From contig DCTT01000026.1 in NCBI GenBank assembly GCA_002329295.1, forward strand, positions 348,054 through 406,857: a stretch of DNA of 58,804 nucleotides. Reading direction: 5' to 3'. Numbering within the stretch: the stretch's first letter is position 1; each line of letters starts with the position of its first letter. Shown in pieces: positions 46,308 through 55,507 of the stretch. The translations under genes were made by a program, and so were the position numbers. The notes beneath the pieces were generated by a model that saw only the letters and a program-made list of their open reading frames with translations, was not told the DNA's origin and ran no database searches. This DNA comes from Eubacteriaceae bacterium UBA1433. Its GTDB lineage: Bacteria; Bacillota; Clostridia; Eubacteriales; UBA1433.

Positions 46308-46391
46308 CTATTCTCCCTGTAAACACCCTTTTTCCCGACCCCATAAAAAAAAGAATATCTGTCTTTTTCGCCAGGTTCTTTTTCTTTGCAT

Positions 46392-46400
46392 ATTATAGCA
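46392..46400 (-). promoter_or_regulatory. Extended -10 promoter candidate for recF-gyrB-gyrA
   Basis: TGcTATAAT on the minus strand, downstream of the dnaN terminator. Confidence 0.55.
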
Positions 46401-46454
46401 TAAAACCCTTACAAACACCACGGATTTCTGCATTTTTTTCTGTTTTTTTTATAT

Positions 46455-46488
46455 AAAAAAACAGTGTCTTTCATAACGAAAGACACTG
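46455..46488 (-). terminator. Intrinsic terminator after dnaN
   Basis: cagtgtctttc-5 nt-gaaagacactg perfect stem with a 7-U tract on the minus strand. Confidence 0.85.
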
Positions 46489-46507
46489 CATATTTTAGAA
46501 CAAAAAA

Positions 46508-47608
46508 TCATTCTTTATAGCGAACAGGAAGAATCACATGGAGCATTTCTTCACTGTTGGGCGTTTTGACAACGCAGGGAGATAAATTGTCAATAAAATA
46601 CAATACCACCGTTTCTTCGGAAGTGTTTTTTAATACGTCAATAAAATATTTGGAATTGAAAGATATTTTTAAGTCACTCCCTTGTATTTCGCTTTCCACA
46701 TATTCATTGGCACTGCCCACTTCGCTGTTGGACACAATGTGAAACTGTCCTTCTTCGAAATGAAATTTAATCAGGTTATTTTTTCCTTCCCTGGCAACCA
46801 GGCTGGCTCTTTCACAAGCATCCAAAAGCTTTTTCGTTGCTGTTTTCACAATCAAATTGCTGTTTTTGGGAATGATATCATTGTATTTGATAAAATTTCC
46901 TCCGATGAGGTTCGAAATTAAAATCGTATCTCCTATCGTAAAATGAACGCTTTTTTCGGCATATTTGATCATGACATCGCTGTTGCTTTCCAGATTCAAT
47001 ATCTTATACAATTCGCTCAATACTCGCGCGGGAATAATACAGGAAAACTCTAAGCCGTCTTCTATGGTTTCTTTTCGTATGGCCATTCTGTATCCGTCAA
47101 GAGCCGTTAATTGGAATTGATCTTTGCTCATTTCCAACAACAGTCCTGTTAGAACCGGCATTTGCGCATCAATAGCCGCAGCAAAAATCGTTTCGCGAAT
47201 GGCTCTTTTCAGTTTGTCGCTTCCTAAAATCATATAATCCGTTACGGAAACAGAAGGAATGGCAGGATAATTGGCTGCACTTTGGATATGAATATCGATT
47301 TGGGATTCATCGGAAACAAGATGCATTTTGTTTTCATCCGTTTCAATCAAAATTTGCTCCGACGGAAGTTTTCGAACGATTTCGATAAAAATTCGACTGG
47401 GTACCACCACACTCCCGCTTTGTAGCATTTCTACATCTACATGTGTATGAATGCTCATTTCTAAATCCGTTGCAAATAACGTTAAAATATTATTTGCACA
47501 AGACAAATACATGCCTTCCAAGGAAGGGTTGGTGGTTCTTGTTGAGACTGCTTTTGACACATAATTTAATGCGCTGATCAAATCGGTCTTATTAATCATT
47601 AGTTTCAT
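46508..47608 (-). CDS. dnaN: DNA polymerase III beta clamp
   Basis: ATDLE, LTALDGYRMA, FNSKYFID, ILPVR; 366 aa. Confidence 0.98.
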   Translation of the reverse strand: MKLMINKTDLISALNYVSKAVSTRTTNPSLEGMYLSCANNILTLFATDLEMSIHTHVDVEMLQSGSVVVPSRIFIEIVRKLPSEQILIETDENKMHLVSDESQIDIHIQSAANYPAIPSVSVTDYMILGSDKLKRAIRETIFAAAIDAQMPVLTGLLLEMSKDQFQLTALDGYRMAIRKETIEDGLEFSCIIPARVLSELYKILNLESNSDVMIKYAEKSVHFTIGDTILISNLIGGNFIKYNDIIPKNSNLIVKTATKKLLDACERASLVAREGKNNLIKFHFEEGQFHIVSNSEVGSANEYVESEIQGSDLKISFNSKYFIDVLKNTSEETVVLYFIDNLSPCVVKTPNSEEMLHVILPVRYKE

Positions 47609-47774
47609 ATCAATATCCTTCTTTTGATAAATATTTATCTATAATAACAGTAGTAATAATAGGACTGTTAGTTTCGTGGATAGAAAATATTGTATACGAA
47701 AATCCTATCTATTACAAGAGGAGGCTGACGAAAATATAGTGAGTAAGTTGTGAATAAATCGATCAAATCATTTT
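47609..47774. other. oriC downstream part (DUE) with DnaA-trios and DnaA boxes
   Basis: TAA-TAA-CAG-TAG-TAA-TAA-TAG trios at 47642-47662, AT-rich flank, degenerate box CGTGGATAG (47675-47683), box TGTGAATAA (47749-47757). Confidence 0.9.
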
Positions 47775-49094
47775 CTATTTTTTAATTTCTTTTACCAGGT
47801 GTTCAATGTCGTTTTTTAAAATATGATTTTTCATCAAATCTTCTTTGATTTTTTCACAGGCGTATAAAACCGTTGTATGGTCGCGATTTCCAAACTCTGC
47901 TCCAATTTGCTTTGTGGAATAGTCGGTGAGGTTTCTCGTCAAATACATGGCAATTTGCCTTGGATAGGCAATCATTTTTGTTCGTTGTTTGGAAGAAAGT
48001 TCTTCTACCGTTAAATCGAAATAATCGCAGACCACCGATTTAATCACGTCTACACTGACTTTTTTATTGCTAAAAGAAGAAACGTCTTTGATTTGTTCCC
48101 GAACCAAATCCAGTGTAATAGGCTGTTTTGTCAGTTCACTGATGGCTTTAACCTTTAATAATACTCCTTCCAATTCACGGATATTGGATTGAATGTTTGA
48201 TGCAATAAAATCAATGACGTCCGCTTGAATATCGACGGATTCCCGTTCCGATTTTCGGCGCAAAATGGCCACCCGCGTTTCAAAATCGGGGGGTTGAATG
48301 TCGCAAATAAGTCCTTGTTCAAACCGGGAACGCAGTCTTTCTTCAAGGCGGGGAATATCTTTCGGGGGTTTGTCGCTGGTAATTACGATTTGTTTGTTAT
48401 CGGCGTGCAGGGCGCAAAAAGTGTGAAAAAACTCCTCCTGTGTACTCTCACCGGTGCCGATAAATTGAATATCGTCAATGAGTAAAACATCTACGGTGCG
48501 ATATTTGTTTCGAAAAGAAATATTGGTCTTTTTTTGCAGCGCATAAATGAATTCATTCATAAACTGTTCCGAAGAAATATAGAGAATTTTCTTCTTCGGG
48601 CTGCGTTTGTGAATATAATTGCCGATAGCTTGCATCAGGTGCGTTTTGCCTAAGCCGACCCCGCCGTAGATAAACAACGGATTGTATTTTTTGGCAGGCG
48701 ATTCGGCGACAGCCAGTGATGCCGCATAGGCAAAGTGGTTGCTTCCCCCCACAACAAAGGTATCAAAGGTATAACGATCCATGAGATTGGGGGCGTTGGA
48801 AAAATCGGAGCCGGAAAGATCTTTATAGGATGAGGCAGCGGAAGGCAACACAAATTCTACTTTGTTGACAGAGCCTTCCGTAATTTCTTTTAAAATATTG
48901 GAAATCAATACAATATAGCGCGCTTCTATAATCTTGAGTTCAAATTCTTCTTCCACCTGCAAAATCAGTGTATTTTTAGAAATGGAAAGGGGTACAAGAC
49001 GCTGAATGTATTGGTTAAAAATATTGGGTTTCAGTTCGCCTTTGATATTTTTGAGTGCATTGTCCCAAATGGCGGACATATTTTGCTTATCCAT
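47775..49094 (-). CDS. dnaA: Chromosomal replication initiator
   Basis: YNPLFIYGGVGLGKTHL, LLIDDIQF, RLRSRF, NIRELEG, RDHTTV. Start re-assigned to ATG 49094 after an AAGGAG RBS (439 aa). Confidence 0.99.
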   Translation of the reverse strand: MDKQNMSAIWDNALKNIKGELKPNIFNQYIQRLVPLSISKNTLILQVEEEFELKIIEARYIVLISNILKEITEGSVNKVEFVLPSAASSYKDLSGSDFSNAPNLMDRYTFDTFVVGGSNHFAYAASLAVAESPAKKYNPLFIYGGVGLGKTHLMQAIGNYIHKRSPKKKILYISSEQFMNEFIYALQKKTNISFRNKYRTVDVLLIDDIQFIGTGESTQEEFFHTFCALHADNKQIVITSDKPPKDIPRLEERLRSRFEQGLICDIQPPDFETRVAILRRKSERESVDIQADVIDFIASNIQSNIRELEGVLLKVKAISELTKQPITLDLVREQIKDVSSFSNKKVSVDVIKSVVCDYFDLTVEELSSKQRTKMIAYPRQIAMYLTRNLTDYSTKQIGAEFGNRDHTTVLYACEKIKEDLMKNHILKNDIEHLVKEIKK

Positions 49095-49411
49095 AAGTTG
49101 TAAAACTCCTTTATCGTGCAAAAGTACAATAAGTTTATTCACAAGTGCATTGTCAGTGTATAATTTGTGTATGTGTTGTGTAAAAAGACAGTTTACAAAT
49201 AACACGACAGCATTTTCATAAGGGAGGGGGAAAGAATCCAACGTGTGAAAAGAAAGAAAAACAAAACTTTACACAAGTTATCCACAGGGTGTGAATAAGT
49301 GGATAACTTAGTTGGGGATATCTCTCGCGGTGCAATCAATCATAGCAAAGAAATAAAAAGTTATCAACAAAAAAACAAAAATAATCCCAAAAACAGAAAA
49401 ATTGTGGATAA
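49087..49411. other. oriC upstream part: DnaA-box cluster
   Basis: TTATTCACA 49135, TGTGTAAAA 49177, TTATCCACA 49278, TGTGAATAA 49290, TGTGGATAA 49403; one-mismatch boxes at 49087, 49244, 49267, 49298 and 49361. Confidence 0.92.
49339..49367 (-). promoter_or_regulatory. dnaA promoter
   Basis: TTGATA-N17-TATGAT with an extended TG; the -35 lies inside DnaA box 49361-49369. Confidence 0.7.
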
Positions 49412-49496
49412 AAACAGTGTGTTTTTATGAAAAACAAAACGAGAAAACAAGGATAGAAAGCAATAAAGAACAAAAAGGGAGGGTAGAGCTCTATGC

Positions 49497-49557
49497 TTGA
49501 CAAGCCGTTTTGGAAACTGATATAATTCTTGACACCCAAATGCTTGAACAGTATAAT
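49497..49557 (+). promoter_or_regulatory. Tandem sigma-A promoters of the rpmH operon
   Basis: TTGACA-N18-TATAAT (49497-49526) and TTGACA-N17-TATAAT (49529-49557). Confidence 0.85.
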
Positions 49558-49618
49558 AAAATGACTCAGCAAAAAATAAAAAATATTTCAGATACAAGGG
49601 TGGAGGAGGAAGAGATTC

Positions 49619-49753
49619 ATGAAAATGACATTTCAGCCCAATATGCGCAAAAGAAAGAAAAAGCACGGATTTCGCAATAGAATGGCTACAGCAAGCGGGC
49701 AAAATGTTTTGCGTCGCAGAAGAGAAAAACAACGAAAAAAACTATCGGCATAA
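49619..49753 (+). CDS. rpmH: 50S ribosomal protein L34 (44 aa; missing from ORF track)
   Basis: [44 protein letters not shown]; GGAGGAGG RBS. Confidence 0.97.
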   Translation: MKMTFQPNMRKRKKKHGFRNRMATASGQNVLRRRREKQRKKLSA

Positions 49754-49776
49754 CCGCTGTGCAAAGCGGTTTGTTT
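49752..49776 (+). terminator. Weak terminator/hairpin after rpmH
   Basis: aaccgct-gtgcaa-agcggtt-tgttt. Confidence 0.45.
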
Positions 49777-49793
49777 GAGAAGTGCAGCAAACC

Positions 49794-50141
49794 ATGAAGC
49801 ATACAATCATGCTAAAAAAGAGCGGATTTCAAAAGGTATATAAAAAAGCAAAAGGACATGCTGAAACAACAATGGTGATGCTTTGCGTTGCCAACGGAAG
49901 TGAACAAAACAAACTGGGCGTAGTGGCAAGCAAAAAAGTCGGAGGTGCCGTGGTGCGTAATCGGGCACGCAGAAGACTCAAAGAACTCTACCGGAACAGC
50001 GAACAGAACCTGTGTATCGGATATGACATCGTTTTGATTGCCCGCAGCGGTATAGACAAGGCAGAACATCCTGCATTGAAAAAGTCATTTGTTCAGTTGG
50101 CAAAAAGACACAAAATATGGGTGCAGGCGGAGAAAAAATGA
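49794..50141 (+). CDS. rnpA: Ribonuclease P protein component
   Basis: [25 protein letters not shown] (RNR motif); exact start uncertain. Confidence 0.95.
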   Translation: MKHTIMLKKSGFQKVYKKAKGHAETTMVMLCVANGSEQNKLGVVASKKVGGAVVRNRARRRLKELYRNSEQNLCIGYDIVLIARSGIDKAEHPALKKSFVQLAKRHKIWVQAEKK

Positions 50142-50347
50142 GCATCGTTTTTATAAAAATAATTCGATTTTATCAAAAATATATTTCTGCTTATACGCCG
50201 GCTCGCTGTCGTTTTTATCCCACCTGCTCTTCATACAGTTTGCAAGCCTTTGAGAAATACGGGTTTTTCAAAGGATTTTATTTGTCAGTCAAACGGATTT
50301 TAAAATGTAATCCGTTATTTAAAGGGGGATATGATCCCCTGCCGTAA
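50138..50347 (+). CDS. yidD: Membrane protein insertion efficiency factor
   Basis: [31 protein letters not shown]. Confidence 0.96.
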   Translation: MSIVFIKIIRFYQKYISAYTPARCRFYPTCSSYSLQAFEKYGFFKGFYLSVKRILKCNPLFKGGYDPLP

Positions 50348-50368
50348 ATATTTTTATCTGGAGGCTTT

Positions 50369-51118
50369 ATGTCCATACTATATGCGTTTTTCGGAAAGGC
50401 CCTGTTTTTTATTTACAATATTGTAGACAGCTACGGCTTGGCCATTGTTATCTTTTCCATCTTGGCAAAGGTGTTGTTGTTGCCTCTTAGCATCAAGCAA
50501 AACAAATCCATGAAAATTATGAAAGAAATTCAGCCCGAGATGGAAAAACTGCAAAAGAAATATGCCGACAACAAAGAAAAATTAGGCATGGAAATGCAAA
50601 AGTTGTATCAAAAACACAACTACAATCCTTTGAGCGGCTGTTTGCCGGTTTTATTGCAATTTCCCATTATCATAGCGCTTTTTACCGTGCTTCGTCAGCC
50701 GGAACAATGGGTGTTTTTGGACGGCACCATCAATGCAGTGGACATGAGTTTTTTGTGGGTGAAAAACCTGGGTTCTCCTGACGGCATGAATTTTTTGGCG
50801 GATGGCACAAAATTGAATTTATTGAGCCAGATGCCGCAAGTGATTGATGCGGTAAAAAGCGGCTTGAATAACGGATGGTACATTTTCCCTGTGCTGTCAA
50901 TTGTTTCGCAGATTTTCATGACGAAAATGACCATGCAGCTGCAAAGTGAGCAGCAACAACGACAAATGAAGATGTTCAATTATGCAATGTATGGCATGAT
51001 TGGATACATTTCATTTACGTTCCCGGCGGGGTTGGCGATTTACTGGTTTTTGCAAACGGCGTTGTCGATTGTACAGCAGTATTATTTCTTAAGAGAAAAA
51101 CCAACAAAGGAAGTGTGA
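50369..51118 (+). CDS. yidC: YidC/Oxa1 membrane protein insertase
   Basis: YGLAIV..LLLPL..Q..SM..M..IQPE, GCLPVLLQFPI, PAGLAIYW. Confidence 0.95.
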   Translation: MSILYAFFGKALFFIYNIVDSYGLAIVIFSILAKVLLLPLSIKQNKSMKIMKEIQPEMEKLQKKYADNKEKLGMEMQKLYQKHNYNPLSGCLPVLLQFPIIIALFTVLRQPEQWVFLDGTINAVDMSFLWVKNLGSPDGMNFLADGTKLNLLSQMPQVIDAVKSGLNNGWYIFPVLSIVSQIFMTKMTMQLQSEQQQRQMKMFNYAMYGMIGYISFTFPAGLAIYWFLQTALSIVQQYYFLREKPTKEV

Positions 51119-51122
51119 TAAA

Positions 51123-51749
51123 ATGCAAAAATCTGTTATTAAAAAAGGGAGGACTGTTGAAGAGGCAATTGAGGCTGCGTTGCAGGAATTGGGTGCGACC
51201 CAAGATCAGGTAGAAACGAAAGTATTGGAAATTCCCAGCAGCGGTTTGATGGGTATTTTAAGCAAACAGGCGAAAGTAGAAGTTTCGTTGCTGCCTCAAG
51301 GTTCCAAAGAGAAAGCCGTCGAGTTTCTTGAAGCGGTTATGAAGGCCATGGGCATTGAAGGCAAAGCGCATGTCGAAGAAAAAGAAGAAAATCTGTTGTT
51401 AGTGACGATTACAGGAGACAATATGCGCTATTTAATCGGCAGAAGAGGGGTTACATTAGATGCGTTGCAATATTTGGTGAGTCTGGCAGTGAATAAAAAC
51501 GCTGAAAAATATACAAAAATTATACTCAATACGGAAGGGTATCGGGAAAAAAGAGAACGGGCGCTCAAAGAATTTGCAGATAAAATGGCGCAACGAGCTA
51601 TTAAAACCCGCCGAAGAGTGGAATTGGAGCCAATGAATCCTTATGAGAGACGTATTATTCACGCATATTTACAGAACAACAAGCGTGTAGTCACCGTAAG
51701 CGAAGGAGAGGAGCCCTATCGACGCATTTTGATTGAGGTAAAACGATAA
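51123..51749 (+). CDS. jag: RNA-binding protein Jag/EloR/KhpB
   Basis: Jag-N GRTVEEAI..A, KH LIGRRGVTLDALQ, R3H PMNPYERRIIH. Confidence 0.96.
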   Translation: MQKSVIKKGRTVEEAIEAALQELGATQDQVETKVLEIPSSGLMGILSKQAKVEVSLLPQGSKEKAVEFLEAVMKAMGIEGKAHVEEKEENLLLVTITGDNMRYLIGRRGVTLDALQYLVSLAVNKNAEKYTKIILNTEGYREKRERALKEFADKMAQRAIKTRRRVELEPMNPYERRIIHAYLQNNKRVVTVSEGEEPYRRILIEVKR

Positions 51750-51754
51750 GGACG

Positions 51755-51783
51755 AGGCAGCGAAAACAGGCTGCCTTTTTTTA
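51755..51783 (+). terminator. Intrinsic terminator after jag
   Basis: aggcagc-8 nt-gctgcct-ttttttt. Confidence 0.85.
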
Positions 51784-51875
51784 TCAGCAAACAAACAAAT
51801 ATACCAAAAGAACATGTTATTCAAAAGAAGATTCGAGAGAAAATTCAAAAAAATGTTTTAAAGGAGGTAAATTTG

Positions 51876-53984
51876 ATGGACATTCGCAAAGTAATGAAAC
51901 CGAGAAGCATTGCCGTTGTCGGCGTCAGCGACAGAAAAGGCAGCTTCGGCAACTACGCCGCACAAAACGCCTTGCGCGGTAAGCTGGGTGAAAAGGTGTA
52001 CTTTGTTCACCCGAAACGGCAAGAACTGTTGGGCAAAAAGTGTTATCCCTGTATCAGCGATTTGCCCGAGGCAGTGGACTGTGTGGTTTTGTGTACACCC
52101 AGTTCCACGATTATTCCGCTAATGGAGGAAGCAGGAAAAAAAGGAATCGGCGGAGCAGTGATCTTTGCCAGCGGGTTTTCGGAAGAAAGGGACGAAGCGG
52201 GAAAGAAATTGGAAAAACGCTTGATAGAAGTGGCAAAAACCTATGATATGGCTGTAATCGGGCCCAATTGCCTGGGATTGATGAATAATGTGGATCAGGT
52301 GATGATGTGGGGGCTGGACACCAAATTTGAATTTAACGACAATACAGGTGTGGGAGTGGTGGGGCAAAGCGGCTTTATCATTAAACATTTGTCCGAGGCG
52401 GGTTTTGGTATGTCGTATATGGCTTCGACGGGAAACGGAAACATTGTGACGATTGAGGATGTGTTGTTGTTCTATGCTCAGGAAGATGCAGTAAGCGTAA
52501 TCGCCGTGTATTTGGAAGGCATTAAAAAACCGGAGATATTTGAAAACGCATTGAAAACGGCGGCAGAAAAACGAAAGCCTTTCATTGTGCTGAAAAGCGG
52601 AAGATCAAAAAAAGGAGCGGCGGCGACAGCTTCTCATACCGGAAACCTGGCCGGAGACAGTGCGACTTATGATGCGATTTTTGAAAAATTCGGCGTGGTG
52701 GTGGCCGAAGACTTTGCAGATCTGATTGCTTTGACAAGGATGTTTACCGTACTCAAAGGCACATTGGCGGAAAAAGGCACTTTGGCAAGCCTCAACTTAT
52801 CCGGCGGTGAAACAGCAGTTTGTGCCGACATATGTGAAAAATACGGATTGGTGCATCCGGATTTTGATGCCAATGTAAAAAAGGCAGTGATGGAGTTGCT
52901 GCCGCCTTTTGCTACGCCGAACAATCCTTTAGATGCTACCACGGCGCTGATGTATAATGTGGAAGGAAATAAAAAAATCGTCAAAGCGCTGTTGGAGAGT
53001 GATGAGATTGGCATCATTACATTGGGGATCAATATCGGTCTGGGCAAACATCTGGTAGTCGAAAATCAAATCAACGCGGCCTGTGCGGCGGTAGAAGAAT
53101 CTTCCAACAAAAAACCGATTTTTGCCGTATCTTCTTTTGAAGGTACGCGCAATCGCGACTATTTGGAACAGTTGGAACGTCATGGCATCGTCATGCCTTC
53201 CGGCGGTGAAAAAGCCTACAGACAAATTGCACAATTGGTGAAGTTTTCACAATATGATCCTTCGAAACGTACCCTTTCGTTTGCCTATCCTTCCGTAGAC
53301 AACGCTGCAAAACAAACGGTGGCGCTCAGTGAATATGACAGCAAAGAAGCCATCAAAGAAGCGGGAATCACGATTCCGAAACAAGCGGTGGTGACGACGA
53401 AAGAGGAGTTGAAAACCGTTTTGGAAAAAGAGTTTTCCTTTCCCGTGGTTTTAAAAGTCAGTTCAGCGGATATTTTACACAAAACCGATGCGGGAGGTGT
53501 AAAACTCTCCATTCAATCACAACAGGAAGCGCTGCAAGCTTTTGATGAAATCATGGTTGCCTGCAAAAATTATATGCCAGATGCGGTGATTGATGGCGTG
53601 CTCGTGCAGGAAATGGCGCCGAAGGGAATTGAGATCATTATCGGCATCAGCAATGATGCGTTGTTTGGACCGATGGTTTTGGTAGGACTCGGCGGGGTGT
53701 TTGTGGAAATATTTAAAGATGTAGCGCTTTATCCGGCGCCGATGAACAAAGACGAGGCATTGGGAATGCTCAAAAAACTCAAGGCCTATAAACTGTTGAC
53801 CGGATACAGAGGCAGCAAACCTGCCGATGTTGACGCTTTAGCAGAGACCATTGTCAAAATCAGCGATTATGCGGCAAAGCACAGAGATACTCTCAAAGAA
53901 TTGGATCTGAACCCTGTTTTTGTCTATGAAGAAGGCAAAGGTCTCAGTGTTGTGGATGCGTTGTTGATTCAGTATCAATCCTAA
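51876..53984 (+). CDS. ADP-forming acyl/acetate-CoA ligase, alpha-beta fusion
   Basis: CoA-binding PRSIAVVG..., FASGFSE, GPNCLG, SHTGNLAG phospho-His, NNPLD, ATP-grasp HKTDAGGV, GPMVLVGLGGVFVE, ELDLNP; AAGGAGGT RBS. Confidence 0.92.
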   Translation: MDIRKVMKPRSIAVVGVSDRKGSFGNYAAQNALRGKLGEKVYFVHPKRQELLGKKCYPCISDLPEAVDCVVLCTPSSTIIPLMEEAGKKGIGGAVIFASGFSEERDEAGKKLEKRLIEVAKTYDMAVIGPNCLGLMNNVDQVMMWGLDTKFEFNDNTGVGVVGQSGFIIKHLSEAGFGMSYMASTGNGNIVTIEDVLLFYAQEDAVSVIAVYLEGIKKPEIFENALKTAAEKRKPFIVLKSGRSKKGAAATASHTGNLAGDSATYDAIFEKFGVVVAEDFADLIALTRMFTVLKGTLAEKGTLASLNLSGGETAVCADICEKYGLVHPDFDANVKKAVMELLPPFATPNNPLDATTALMYNVEGNKKIVKALLESDEIGIITLGINIGLGKHLVVENQINAACAAVEESSNKKPIFAVSSFEGTRNRDYLEQLERHGIVMPSGGEKAYRQIAQLVKFSQYDPSKRTLSFAYPSVDNAAKQTVALSEYDSKEAIKEAGITIPKQAVVTTKEELKTVLEKEFSFPVVLKVSSADILHKTDAGGVKLSIQSQQEALQAFDEIMVACKNYMPDAVIDGVLVQEMAPKGIEIIIGISNDALFGPMVLVGLGGVFVEIFKDVALYPAPMNKDEALGMLKKLKAYKLLTGYRGSKPADVDALAETIVKISDYAAKHRDTLKELDLNPVFVYEEGKGLSVVDALLIQYQS

Positions 53985-54000
53985 ATACCAAGCTTCTTTG

Positions 54001-54034
54001 ACAAGACCCCCGCTTGTGTTGTCGGGGGTCTTGT
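54001..54034. terminator. Perfect 12-bp hairpin after the acyl-CoA ligase gene (poor U-tract)
   Basis: acaagacccccg-10 nt-cgggggtcttgt. Confidence 0.55.
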
Positions 54035-54061
54035 ATTGAGCGAAAATGGGCAACAGAAAAA

Positions 54062-54090
54062 TTGACATCGGGAAATAATTTCGTTACAAT
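54062..54090 (+). promoter_or_regulatory. sigma-A promoter of mnmE-mnmG-noc
   Basis: TTGACA-N17-TACAAT. Confidence 0.8.
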
Positions 54091-54126
54091 AAAAGGCACT
54101 TTTGAAAGAAAAGAGAAAAAGTAAGT

Positions 54127-55503
54127 ATGGAGAACAGAACGGACACGATTGCAGCCATTTCTTCGGCGATGGGGCTTTCGGGCATCAGCATTGTGCGTAT
54201 CAGCGGTCAAGAGGCTTTTGTCGTGATGCAAAAAATATATCGAGGTGTAAAAGGCAAGACTTTTGAAGAAATCAAAAACAAGCAACTGGGTTATGGACAC
54301 ATCGTGGATGTGCGTACGGGAAATATCATTGACGAAGTGCTTGTCAGCAAACATCGTGCGCCTTACAGTTACACCGGCGAAGACATTGCCGAAATCAATT
54401 GCCATGGCGGACAGGTTGCCACCCAGGCCATTTTGCAATCGGTGTTGGACTGCGGAGCACGTTTAGCCGAAGGGGGCGAATTTACAAAGCGTGCCTTTTT
54501 AAACGGACGCATTGATTTGGTGCAAGCCGAAGCGGTGATGGATATTATTGATGCGAAAACGCGCGCATCGCTGCAGGCGGCGCAAAACAGACTCAAAGGA
54601 CATTTGTCCGATGAATTAAAAGAAATAAAAACATATTTGACTGATGCACTGGCTTATATTGGCGTAGGCATTGAATATCCCGAATACGATATTGAAGAAG
54701 CACAAGATGAAGCGGTTTTTACCCTGCTTGCCAAAGCGGAAAGCAAACTGCAAACGCTGCAAAAAAATGCCGTGCGCGGCAAAATATTGAATGAAGGGTT
54801 GAAAGTTGCGATTGTAGGCAAACCCAATGCGGGCAAAAGCATGCTGCTCAATGCGCTGATTAACAGGGAACGAGCGATTGTGACCGATATTGCAGGCACT
54901 ACAAGAGACACCATCAGCGAATATATCAATATCAGACAAATTCCGGTATTGATTATCGATACGGCCGGCATTCGCAGTACGGAAGATGTCATCGAAAAAA
55001 TCGGCGTTGCCAGGAGTCTTGAGGTGATTGAAGAAGCGGATATCGTGCTCTTTGTCGCAGACGGCAGTCGGGCATGGGAAGAGCAGGACGACGAAATCTG
55101 TGCACGGCTGAAAACAAAAAGAGTCATTTATCTCATCAATAAAAGTGATATAAAAATTCATCCCTCCGTGGAGGAGAGATTAAGCAACAAAAATCCCGTC
55201 ATCCTTTCTGCGCGAACTAAAGAAGGGCTGGAAGAATTGGAAGAAAAGATTGTGCAAGAGGCAGGGTTTTCCGAAGAGGTTCTTGCAGCAGCATTATCGG
55301 CAAATGCCAGGCAAGAGGAGTTGATTGCGAAAGCGGCTGCCAGCCTCAGAAACGGACAGGAAAACTTAAGCAGAGGCATGGTGGTGGATTTGGTCGAAAT
55401 CGACATTCGGGATTGTTTGGAATCTTTATATCAAATTACCGGACAATCTGTCGGGGAAGACATTATTGATCGCATTTTTGCGAATTTTTGCTTAGGGAAA
55501 TAA
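54127..55503 (+). CDS. mnmE: tRNA modification GTPase MnmE (TrmE)
   Basis: [39 protein letters not shown]. Confidence 0.98.
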   Translation: MENRTDTIAAISSAMGLSGISIVRISGQEAFVVMQKIYRGVKGKTFEEIKNKQLGYGHIVDVRTGNIIDEVLVSKHRAPYSYTGEDIAEINCHGGQVATQAILQSVLDCGARLAEGGEFTKRAFLNGRIDLVQAEAVMDIIDAKTRASLQAAQNRLKGHLSDELKEIKTYLTDALAYIGVGIEYPEYDIEEAQDEAVFTLLAKAESKLQTLQKNAVRGKILNEGLKVAIVGKPNAGKSMLLNALINRERAIVTDIAGTTRDTISEYINIRQIPVLIIDTAGIRSTEDVIEKIGVARSLEVIEEADIVLFVADGSRAWEEQDDEICARLKTKRVIYLINKSDIKIHPSVEERLSNKNPVILSARTKEGLEELEEKIVQEAGFSEEVLAAALSANARQEELIAKAAASLRNGQENLSRGMVVDLVEIDIRDCLESLYQITGQSVGEDIIDRIFANFCLGK

Positions 55504-55507
55504 AAAC

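Noticed and set aside
49095-49241. N-terminal extensions in the ORF track for dnaA (also tkt, ispE, rlmH, parB, CPBP, DUF1624)
   Set aside because: Artefacts of choosing the longest start; internal ATGs with good RBSs match family N-termini.
50450-50490. YidC has Lys where the groove Arg is usual (AKVLLLPL)
   Set aside because: Conservative change that keeps the positive charge; not evidence of novelty.
54068-54078. CGGGAAAT NBS half-sites in the mnmE promoter and near 38796
   Set aside because: Only 8-9 of 14 positions match; half-sites are frequent by chance.
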